Source: an uncultured Thermodesulfobacteriota bacterium (GTDB lineage Bacteria > Desulfobacterota > CAZCTP01). From it: a DNA stretch of 64,000 nucleotides. The stretch covers positions 2,446-66,445 of the forward strand of contig CAZCTP010000005.1 of assembly GCA_964501575.1 (NCBI GenBank), given 5' to 3'. A program made the position numbers and the translations under genes. Shown here piece after piece: positions 8,813-17,149 of this stretch; the stretch's first letter is position 1, and each line of letters opens with the position of its first letter. The notes below the pieces were generated by a model that had not been told where the DNA came from, searched no databases, and worked only from the letters and a program-made list of their open reading frames with translations.

Positions 8813-11085
8813 TTATGGATGAGTATTCGGTTATAGGGAAAAGATTACCCAGGGTAGATGGAGTGATGAAGGTTACTGGAAAAGCCAAATATACTACTGA
8901 TCTTGTATTACCTGGGATGCTACATGGAAAGATTATTAGGTCTCCCTACCCCCATGCCAGGATCCTTAATATAGATACTTCAAAGGCTGAAAAACTTTTG
9001 GGAGTGAGGACTATTATAAAGGGCTCAGATTTTAATGAAATTAAAATAGGGCTTTTTGGGGACCCTGCTCAACTCGATGAACCCTTTTTAGCAGTAGATA
9101 GAGTTAGATTCATAGGAGAAGGAGTGGCAGCAGTAGCAGCTATAGACGAGGAGATAGCGGAAGAGGCTTTAGAACTTATCAAGGTAGAATATGAAGAACT
9201 TCCTTCTCTATTTAGTATGGAGGAAGCTATAAAGGAGGGTTCTTATCAGATACATGAAGGAACTGAAAGAAATATAGCTATGTCATTTTCTTCAGGGTTT
9301 GGTGATATAGATAAAGGATTCAGAGAATCTTATTATATTAGAGAGGATAGATTCTCTCTATCTCCACTTAATTCATGCTCCATGGAGACTCTGGTATCTA
9401 TAGCTGATTTTACCCCTGATGGGAAATTATCCCTATGGAGTCCAACTCAGACTCCATTTTTCCTCCGTAAACAGTTATCCAGGGCTTTAAATATGAGAGA
9501 AGGAGATATAAGGGTTATAAATCCATTTATGGGAGGAGCACACTGTTCGACAAAACATGAGGCGTTAACCCATCATATTTCCTCAGCTTTACTTTCAAAA
9601 AAGGCAGGACATCCGGTAAAGATAGAATTAAGTAGAGAGGAGGTATTTAATATAAACAGAGGGGCTCCCCCTGTTACAATTTACATTAAAACAGGAGTTA
9701 AGAAAAATGGTGAGATTGTAGCCAAGAAATATGAAATAGAGGCAGACTGTGGGGCATATAAGGGTATGAGTCCCCTTTTCCTTTATCTTTCGTACCTTTA
9801 TGCAAATTTCCCTTATCGGCTTCAAAATCTCAAATACGAAGGAAGATTAATCTATACAAATAATCCTCCCAATGCTACCCAGAGAAGTTGTGGATTGGTT
9901 TCTATAAATATAGCCGATGAGTCCCACTTAGGCATAATTTCAGAAGAGCTCGGTATGGATCCCTTTGAAATAAGGCTTAAAAATGCTTTAAGGGAGGGTG
10001 ATATAACTAAACAGAGGGTCAGGATCACAAGCTGTGGACTCTCTGAATCTATCAGAATGGTCAGAGAGAAATTAGGCTGGAATGGAGATAGAGCAATAGG
10101 GGTAGCTTGCGAAGGTTGTCCATCAGGTGCTAAGGCCTTTCTTCCCCATGATACGTCTTCTGCCTTTATAAATATCCATGAAGATGGGACTGTTACTCTA
10201 TTTACAGGACTTCCAGAACTTGGTCAGGGGTCTGATACGGTCATGGCTCAGATTGCTGCAGAAATTTTAGGTGTTTCATTAGAGGATATTAAAGTAATCT
10301 CCGGAGATACCGAGGGTGCGCCTATGGATTTAGGGAGCTATGGAAGTAGAGGGACATTCCAGGGAGGGAATGCTGTTAAGAATGCTGCTTTAGATGCAAG
10401 AAGTCAGCTTCTAATGGCTGCTGCAGAAAAGCTTTCTGTTAAGATAGACGATCTTATAATAAGAGAGAGAAATATATGGGTTAAGAATGACCCTGGAAAA
10501 AGAATCTCTGTTGCTGAGGCTGTTGAGTTTAGCCAAAATATTGGAGGGAAACCTGTCATGGGTAAGGGCTATTATAACCCCTCTTCAGATTTTTTAGATC
10601 CTCTTACTTTCAAAGGAAACATTTCCTTAGCATATAGCTTTGGAGCTCATGGGGTTGAATTAAAAGTAGATGAAGAGACGGGAGAGGTTGGGGTAATCAA
10701 TTCTATAATGGCTCATGACTGCGGTTTTCCTCTTAATCCCATGTCTGTTGAGGGCCAGATAGAAGGACAGATTTCTCAAGGATTGGGGCAGGCATTCTTT
10801 GAAAGGCGTTTTCTTGAAAATGGTCAGCAATTGAATCCAAATTTGCTTGATTATAAAATTCCCACTTCTTTAGAGATGCCCCCTGTAACACCAATCTTAG
10901 TTGAGACCATAGATCCAAATGGGCCATTCGGAGCAAAGGAGTGTGGAGAAGGACCTCAAGTGGGATTTATTGGAGCTATAATAAATGCTGTTTATAAGGC
11001 TGTGGGGGTAAGGATAAAGAAGATTCCTTTGACTCCGGAGATTATCCTAAAAGCTATAGATGAGAAGAGAAGGAGGAGAAGATGA
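8809..11085 (+). CDS. Molybdopterin-dependent hydroxylase large subunit (xanthine dehydrogenase / aldehyde oxidase family, Mo-binding)
   Basis: 758 aa with the N-terminal a/b-hammerhead signature (GK.LPRVDG..KVTGKAKYT.D) and a long MoCo-binding domain. ATGA overlap with the upstream gene. Confidence 0.8.
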   Translation: MIMDEYSVIGKRLPRVDGVMKVTGKAKYTTDLVLPGMLHGKIIRSPYPHARILNIDTSKAEKLLGVRTIIKGSDFNEIKIGLFGDPAQLDEPFLAVDRVRFIGEGVAAVAAIDEEIAEEALELIKVEYEELPSLFSMEEAIKEGSYQIHEGTERNIAMSFSSGFGDIDKGFRESYYIREDRFSLSPLNSCSMETLVSIADFTPDGKLSLWSPTQTPFFLRKQLSRALNMREGDIRVINPFMGGAHCSTKHEALTHHISSALLSKKAGHPVKIELSREEVFNINRGAPPVTIYIKTGVKKNGEIVAKKYEIEADCGAYKGMSPLFLYLSYLYANFPYRLQNLKYEGRLIYTNNPPNATQRSCGLVSINIADESHLGIISEELGMDPFEIRLKNALREGDITKQRVRITSCGLSESIRMVREKLGWNGDRAIGVACEGCPSGAKAFLPHDTSSAFINIHEDGTVTLFTGLPELGQGSDTVMAQIAAEILGVSLEDIKVISGDTEGAPMDLGSYGSRGTFQGGNAVKNAALDARSQLLMAAAEKLSVKIDDLIIRERNIWVKNDPGKRISVAEAVEFSQNIGGKPVMGKGYYNPSSDFLDPLTFKGNISLAYSFGAHGVELKVDEETGEVGVINSIMAHDCGFPLNPMSVEGQIEGQISQGLGQAFFERRFLENGQQLNPNLLDYKIPTSLEMPPVTPILVETIDPNGPFGAKECGEGPQVGFIGAIINAVYKAVGVRIKKIPLTPEIILKAIDEKRRRRR

Positions 11086-11570
11086 GGAACTATATTGATG
11101 TAAATCCTAAACTCTGTAACGGATGCAGAATATGTATGATGGTATGTTCTTTAGAAAAATCTGGTAAGTTCAATCAATTTAATACCGGTATATGGATAGA
11201 ATCCGATGATTTTAAAGGGATAAATAATCCTTTTATCTGTAGACAATGCAAAAGACCGGTATGTGTGGAGGTATGTCCTGCAGAAAAGGCATGGAAAAAA
11301 CCCTATGATTTTGATCCTCCCATATGTAGGGATGAGAAGAGTGGAATAGTGTTTCTTGATACAAGGAAGGAGAGTTGTATAGGTTGCAATGAGTGTATGC
11401 TTTCATGTCCCTTTGGATCAATAAGAGTAAACTTTGAAGATGAGAATTTAGTAAAGTGTGATCTCTGTGGAGGAGATCCTGAATGTGTTAAATTTTGTCC
11501 AACCAGAGCAATTGAATTTGTAGAAATGAGAAAACTAAATCAGAAGAAAATTATGGTTAAGGAGGGATAA
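11082..11570 (+). CDS. 4Fe-4S polyferredoxin (AorA-like electron-transfer subunit)
   Basis: 162 aa with four CxxCxxCxxxC(P)-type clusters (CNGCRICMMVC, CRQCKRPVCVEVCP, CIGCNECMLSCP, CDLCGG..CVKFCP). It overlaps both neighbours. Confidence 0.75.
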   Translation: MRNYIDVNPKLCNGCRICMMVCSLEKSGKFNQFNTGIWIESDDFKGINNPFICRQCKRPVCVEVCPAEKAWKKPYDFDPPICRDEKSGIVFLDTRKESCIGCNECMLSCPFGSIRVNFEDENLVKCDLCGGDPECVKFCPTRAIEFVEMRKLNQKKIMVKEG

Positions 11571-11572
11571 GA

Positions 11573-13480
11573 ATGTATGGATGGGCAGGAATAATTCTTG
11601 ATGTTGACCTTTCTTCAGGAAGGATAGAGAAAAAGCCCTTTGAAGAGGAGTTAGGAGTTAAGTATATAGGGGGTAGAGGAATAAATTCGAGAATTCTATA
11701 TAATGAATTAAAGCCAGGGATTAATCCATTTAGTCCGGAGAATATTATTATATTTGGTACTGGGCCTTTAGCAGGGACTATTGCTCCATCTCCAAGCAAA
11801 CTAAATGTTACCGCAAAGGCTCATTATAATTACTTGGGGACATCCAATGCTGGGGGTAGATTTGCATCTGAGCTGAAATGGGCAGGATATGATCATATTA
11901 TTATGCGAGGCAAAGCCCCTGAACCTGTATATTTGTGGATTGATGATGATGTGATTGAGCTTAAGTCTGCCAAACATTTATGGGGTAAAGATACATGGGA
12001 AACTGAGAGAATAATAAAAGAGGAGCTTGGGGATAGGGATGTTAAGATAGCTTCAATAGGTCCTGCTGGAGAGAACCTTGTTACCTTTTCAAGTATCACT
12101 TTTTCTCTTTATAGATCAGCAGCACAGACCGGAATGGGAGCAATTATGGGCTCAAAAAACCTTAAAGGGATTGCTGTGAGGGGAACTAAAAGTATAGAAG
12201 TTGCCAAGCCTACCTCCCTTAAAAGATTGACCAAGGATATTATTGATAGAATGATGAAGAATCACACCTATTCCTTTATGTCGGTCCATGGGACCCCTGC
12301 CTTTACCTATTCATATAATGAAAGGGGAAATCTCTCTATAAGAAATTTCAGGAAGTCAGGTCATTGGGATAAAGTGGAAGCATTCTCCCTTGAGAATATA
12401 TTTAAATATTATACTGCGGATAGAGCCTGCTTTGGTTGTCCTATTCACTGCAGCCATTTCTTTGTCCTAAAAGAAGGAGAATTTGCAGGAGAAAGGGGAG
12501 GTGGCATAGAATTTGGTCATCTACTCCCATTAGGAATCTCTCTTGACAACTCTAATCTCCTATCAGTATTTAAGGCTACCAATCTCTGCAACCAATATGG
12601 TATGGATACTCTGGAATTTTCCTTTGTTTTAGGAGCTGCTATAGAATGGTATGGAAAGGGAATTATTACAGATAAAGATACAGATGGAATTCCATTGGAG
12701 TGGGGTGATTATAGAGTAATTATAGATATGATTCCAAAAATTGCTAAAAGAGAAGGATTAGGTGATATTCTGGCTCAGGGAGCTATTAAAGCTGCAAAGA
12801 TTTTAGGAAAAGGAGCAGAGGAATGTATAAGCCATTGTAAAGGGATGGCAGTGGCAGCAGATGATGTGAGGCTTTCAAAGGGGACTGCTTTGAGTCATGT
12901 TACAGGGACGATACCTGCTCACCATGAAGAGGGAATGCCCACCCCAGAACTTTATCCAATGGATGCTGAAAGAGCAAAAGAGCTATTTGGAACTACAGAG
13001 GTTATAAATCCTTTATCCTATGATAAGGCATTATGTGTGATCTATTATCAGAATCAGTGCACTTTATTTGATTGTATAGAGCTGTGTAAATTTATATCTG
13101 AGTGGTTCGGTCAGGAAGTAATATTTAAAGATGTAGCTGAGCTATTCTCCTCGGCTACCGGTATCGATATAGATGCAAAGGATATGGAGATGGTTGGAGA
13201 GAGGGTTCATACCTTGGAAAGGGCGTTTAATGTAAGAGAGGGAATGAGAAGAGAGGATGATCATATGCATGGAAGAATAGTAAAAGAAGCCACTCAATCA
13301 GGACCCTTTAAAGGGGAGAGACTGGAACCTGAGAAATTTGAAGAGATGCTGGATAAATATTATGACTTGAGGGGATGGGATAAAAAGACAGGAATACCTT
13401 TAAGAAGTAAATTTAAAAAGGTAGGGCTTGAAGATATAGCAGAAGATCTGGAGAAAATAGGGATACCCCTGGAGGATTGA
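11573..13480 (+). CDS. aor: Tungsten-type aldehyde:ferredoxin oxidoreductase (AOR family)
   Basis: 635 aa matching the AOR family N- and C-terminal domains; the Cys ligand motif is CFGCPIHC. The SD is AAGGAGGG. Confidence 0.85.
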   Translation: MYGWAGIILDVDLSSGRIEKKPFEEELGVKYIGGRGINSRILYNELKPGINPFSPENIIIFGTGPLAGTIAPSPSKLNVTAKAHYNYLGTSNAGGRFASELKWAGYDHIIMRGKAPEPVYLWIDDDVIELKSAKHLWGKDTWETERIIKEELGDRDVKIASIGPAGENLVTFSSITFSLYRSAAQTGMGAIMGSKNLKGIAVRGTKSIEVAKPTSLKRLTKDIIDRMMKNHTYSFMSVHGTPAFTYSYNERGNLSIRNFRKSGHWDKVEAFSLENIFKYYTADRACFGCPIHCSHFFVLKEGEFAGERGGGIEFGHLLPLGISLDNSNLLSVFKATNLCNQYGMDTLEFSFVLGAAIEWYGKGIITDKDTDGIPLEWGDYRVIIDMIPKIAKREGLGDILAQGAIKAAKILGKGAEECISHCKGMAVAADDVRLSKGTALSHVTGTIPAHHEEGMPTPELYPMDAERAKELFGTTEVINPLSYDKALCVIYYQNQCTLFDCIELCKFISEWFGQEVIFKDVAELFSSATGIDIDAKDMEMVGERVHTLERAFNVREGMRREDDHMHGRIVKEATQSGPFKGERLEPEKFEEMLDKYYDLRGWDKKTGIPLRSKFKKVGLEDIAEDLEKIGIPLED

Positions 13481-13482
13481 GT

Positions 13483-13785
13483 ATGAAATCAGTTGAGGTA
13501 AGGCCATTTTTTAACCTGAGAAATATTATTAGAAAGGAGAGAGTAGAAATAGAGATAAAAAATGGGTTTACTGTTAGAGAGGTTATAGATAGACTGATAG
13601 ACTTATACGGTCCTTCCCTCAGAGATGCCCTTATAGACCCTGAAAGAGGGGATATACGTTCCTTTTACTGGATTCTTCTTAATGGAATGGATATCAGAGC
13701 ATTAGAGAAAGGGATAGATACTGAACTTAAGGGTGGAGAGATAATATCCATCATGCAATCCGTTGCAGGGGGTAAATTAAATTAA
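13483..13785 (+). CDS. MoaD/ThiS-like small protein with a C-terminal extension after Gly-Gly
   Basis: About 100 aa, ending ...SVAGGKLN. The ATG at 13483 sits 6 nt after GGAGGA; the tabulated TTG at 13477 is less likely. Confidence 0.5.
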   Translation: MKSVEVRPFFNLRNIIRKERVEIEIKNGFTVREVIDRLIDLYGPSLRDALIDPERGDIRSFYWILLNGMDIRALEKGIDTELKGGEIISIMQSVAGGKLN

Positions 13786-13799
13786 AAAAGGGGGTAAAT

Positions 13800-15011
13800 A
13801 TGAAAAGGGTATTATTAATAATCTCTATTTTGTGTTTATTTTTCAATATTTCCTTTGCAAAGGAGATAAAACCAGGGGTTGTTATAACAAAGGACAATTA
13901 TAAAGAATATCTTCCGGAGTTAAAGAGACTTATGACGAAATCTATGTTTAAGATTCATGTAGAGATAGAGGTTAAGAATGGATTGAAGACCATGCCTATT
14001 GTTGAGAGGGAGAAGTGGCTTTCCAAAAAGGGTTATAGGGATGCTACAAAGAAGTATTCCGGTAGATGTAAGATAGGTCCTAATATGGAGCTATTGAATT
14101 ATGTGGCTGGTGCCCCTTTCCCAAATCCAAAGAACGGGATAGAGTTAGCATGGGATATACAGCATACAATAACCTATGAGCAAGCGCATTTTATGGGTGA
14201 TTATGACCTCTATGATAAAGACAGGAAACCGGAAAGGAGGGTATCCAATAACTTCGGAGTAATTAAGTACATAGGGAGAACCTTTAATCCTCCAATGCCT
14301 GAGATAAAGCCTAATCCGGAGAGAATATGGTGGAAACTGTTCCAATATGTCACGTATCCCTTTGATGCAAGAGGATTTATTGTAACAAGAAAAAGATATC
14401 TTGATATAAAAAAGGAGGATGATATGTGGGCATACCTACCTACATTAAGGAGAATTAGGAGACTTACAGGGGCAGATGTTCAGGATCCTTTACTTGGGTC
14501 AGACTACTGTATAGACGATTATTCTGGGTGGACCCAGAGAGTAAATCCAAAGGTTATGAGCTTTAAATTCTTAGGGGAGAGAGAAATTCTATTCCCTTCC
14601 TATCATGTAGAAGATAAACCCTTTCCCATTACCCCTGAGGAATATTTAAAGGATAAAGGTGGAGCCCTTCAGGTGCCATGGTGTAAGATAAGGGTCTATA
14701 TTCTTGAGGTTGACATGCATGATCCCACATACATGTATAGTAAGAGATTACTATATGTTGATAGAGATATTGGAGATTTCAGACCTATACATGAGGAGTG
14801 CTTTGACCAGAGGGGAAGGCTGTGGAGAACTCAGGAGAATATGCAAAGAGCCTATACTTATAGGGAAAGCCATTGCTGGCCTATATCAATAGTTAGAGAC
14901 CATCAGTCCGGACACTATACTATGATCCCTCTCTATAAGCAATACCTAGATGATCCTAATTTGACGCCATCCTATTTTGAGATAAGACAGCTCATAAAGA
15001 GGGGGAGATAA
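13800..15011 (+). CDS. Secreted DUF1329-like protein (LolA-like fold predicted)
   Basis: 403 aa with a signal peptide (MKRVLLIISILCLFFNISFA) and an N-terminal ITKDNYKEYLP segment resembling DUF1329. SD GGGGGT. Confidence 0.5.
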   Translation: MKRVLLIISILCLFFNISFAKEIKPGVVITKDNYKEYLPELKRLMTKSMFKIHVEIEVKNGLKTMPIVEREKWLSKKGYRDATKKYSGRCKIGPNMELLNYVAGAPFPNPKNGIELAWDIQHTITYEQAHFMGDYDLYDKDRKPERRVSNNFGVIKYIGRTFNPPMPEIKPNPERIWWKLFQYVTYPFDARGFIVTRKRYLDIKKEDDMWAYLPTLRRIRRLTGADVQDPLLGSDYCIDDYSGWTQRVNPKVMSFKFLGEREILFPSYHVEDKPFPITPEEYLKDKGGALQVPWCKIRVYILEVDMHDPTYMYSKRLLYVDRDIGDFRPIHEECFDQRGRLWRTQENMQRAYTYRESHCWPISIVRDHQSGHYTMIPLYKQYLDDPNLTPSYFEIRQLIKRGR

Positions 15012-15048
15012 AACTATAATATTTGATAAATAAATAAAGGAGGATAAG

Positions 15049-16590
15049 ATGGAGAATTATGACATAATAATCTGTGGGGGAGGACATAACGGGCTTACAT
15101 GTGGGGCGTATCTTACTAAAGCAGGGCTTAGTGTTTTAGTAGTGGAAAGGCGTCCTGTGGTTGGTGGAGGGGTTGTTACAGAAAGTATATTTTCAGATAA
15201 AGGCTTTAAGGTAGATTTAGGAGGACATGCCCATGCTCTAATCCAGGCAAATCCTATGATAACAGATAATGAACTTGAATTAGATAGATTTGGTCTTGAA
15301 TATATATATCCAGAGTATCTATACGGACATCCATTTCTTGATGGCTCTTATATAATTCAATCCAGAGATGTAAATAAAACGTGTGATAGCTTGGCAAAAT
15401 TTTCCCAGAGGGATGCATCATCATTCTTAGAACTTTATAATCTATTCTTAAAATTTAAGGATATGATAGTTACTCTCCTCTTCTCTCCACCTCCTCCCTT
15501 AAGTGAAATGATAAAGGGTTTAGAAAGCAGTGAAGATGGTAGAGAATTATTAAGAATAATGCTTCAGAGCCCGATAGATTTTGTCAATGAAAGGTTTGAG
15601 AATGATAAGGTAAAGGCATGGCTTTACTGGTGGGGACTTCAGATAGGAGGAAGGCCTGATCAGGAGGGAACAGCCCTGTTATTTATGTGTTTACTTACCC
15701 TTGTTCAGCATTTTGGGTTCGGATATCCCAAGGGGGGTGGAGGGAAATTGAGTGAAGCCCTGGCTAAATATATTACCTCAAATGGAGGGACTATAAGAAC
15801 AAATGCAAAGGTTAAAAGGGTAATAGTAGAGAATGGAAGGGCTAAGGGTATAGAACTTTCTGATGGAGAGATTATATTTGCAAAGAAAGGAATAGTCTCA
15901 AATATTCATTTAAAGCTTCTATTCCCTGAGATGGTGGGAAGAGAGAATGTATCATCTTCATTTATTAAGAGTGTAGAGAGATTTAAAATAGGATTTTCAG
16001 GTTTTGGAATACATCTTGCTCTGAATGAAGCTTTAAGATTCAAGGTAGAGGAGATAAATAAATGCTCTGTCTTCGCAGTTGCTGAAAGTGTTAGCGATGT
16101 TTTAGAGAATTATGATGATATAGTAAAGGGAAATCCCTTTAGCAAAGAACCTCTTGTAATTGGAGTCTGTTCTACTATAGATGATCCCACAAGAGCTCCT
16201 GATGGAAAGCATGTGCTATTCCTATTTAGATTTGTCCCCTACAATATAGGAAATATGAAGTGGAAAGGTGCAAGGGAGAAGGTAGCTGGTGATATGATGG
16301 AAAAGCTCAAAAGGTATGCTCCAAATATGGATGATAAGAATATAATAGGTAAATTTATTGATGATCCAGTTACCATAGAGGCACGGAATCCATGTATGAT
16401 CCGCGGAGATATCTTTCAGGGTGATATATCCCTGTATCAGTTTGGTCCTATGAGGCCATTGATAAGGTTTAATTATAAGATGCCTGTTGAGGGGCTCTAT
16501 CTCTGTGGACCCTCTACCCATCCAGGAGGATCGGTAACTGGAGGGGGAAGAGCCTGCGCAAAGGCTGTATTAAAGGATTTAGGATTATAA
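15049..16590 (+). CDS. FAD-dependent oxidoreductase, phytoene-desaturase (CrtI)-like, paralog of 7256-8812
   Basis: ICGGGHNGL GxGxxG motif. 513 aa. SD AAGGAGGA. Confidence 0.7.
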   Translation: MENYDIIICGGGHNGLTCGAYLTKAGLSVLVVERRPVVGGGVVTESIFSDKGFKVDLGGHAHALIQANPMITDNELELDRFGLEYIYPEYLYGHPFLDGSYIIQSRDVNKTCDSLAKFSQRDASSFLELYNLFLKFKDMIVTLLFSPPPPLSEMIKGLESSEDGRELLRIMLQSPIDFVNERFENDKVKAWLYWWGLQIGGRPDQEGTALLFMCLLTLVQHFGFGYPKGGGGKLSEALAKYITSNGGTIRTNAKVKRVIVENGRAKGIELSDGEIIFAKKGIVSNIHLKLLFPEMVGRENVSSSFIKSVERFKIGFSGFGIHLALNEALRFKVEEINKCSVFAVAESVSDVLENYDDIVKGNPFSKEPLVIGVCSTIDDPTRAPDGKHVLFLFRFVPYNIGNMKWKGAREKVAGDMMEKLKRYAPNMDDKNIIGKFIDDPVTIEARNPCMIRGDIFQGDISLYQFGPMRPLIRFNYKMPVEGLYLCGPSTHPGGSVTGGGRACAKAVLKDLGL

Positions 16591-16715
16591 TTAGACAGAA
16601 CAGGTATTAAAACTATTTCATATGAATTAAAGATTCACTCTCTTAGAAAATAAGTGATACTGCCTACCCATATTAAAAATTTGCTTTTATTCTTTAAATA
16701 TATTATTCTTTAAAT

Positions 16716-16895
16716 ATGGAACATAAAGAAATAATAGAAAAATTAAAAACTATATTTAGTTTATCAAAAGAGCTCGTAGAAGCAAGGATACCAGCTTTAG
16801 AGGGTGATGTAGAAATAATACTTTCAATAGTAGGAGATAAACTCAGGTATATTGTTCCTGAAGAATTTTATGAGCATATTGTAAAATATGAATGA
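16716..16895 (+). CDS. Hypothetical small protein (59 aa), not in the ORF track (below its length cutoff)
   Basis: Open ATG-to-TGA frame (MEHKEIIEKLKTIFSLSKELVEARIPALEGDVEIILSIVGDKLRYIVPEEFYEHIVKYE) in a 560-bp intergenic gap. Codon composition resembles the genome, but no clear SD. Confidence 0.25.
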   Translation: MEHKEIIEKLKTIFSLSKELVEARIPALEGDVEIILSIVGDKLRYIVPEEFYEHIVKYE

Positions 16896-17062
16896 AAAGA
16901 AGAATAACTGATAGAAGAAAAATATTAAAAACTGTTCCAAAGCTTAGAAAAATTAAGAGAAGGAAAAAGGATAACAAATAAATGTCATCCAAGATGTATC
17001 CTATCGGCTGCAAAGGTATACCTTGTATTTGAGCATTTCTATCTCTCAGTTTGTAAATTATT

Positions 17063-17091
17063 TTGATATTTCTATTATAATTTATTATAAT
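17063..17091 (+). promoter_or_regulatory. Candidate sigma70-type promoter (TTGATA-N17-TATAAT) for por
   Basis: The hexamers were read directly; a second overlapping option is TTGTAA(17051)-N19-TATAAT(17076). It lies about 58 nt upstream of the por ATG, which has SD AGAGGAGG. Confidence 0.45.
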
Positions 17092-17149
17092 AAAAATTTA
17101 TATTTTTATAAAAACCTGCAATTGGTTAATGTAAAAAGAGGAGGAATAT

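Noticed and set aside
16892-16927. Basic peptide ORF (MKRRITDRRKY) overlapping the stop of the 59-codon ORF by ATGA
   Set aside because: On careful reading it terminates after 11 codons. It is too short and arginine/lysine-rich by chance in an A-rich stretch.
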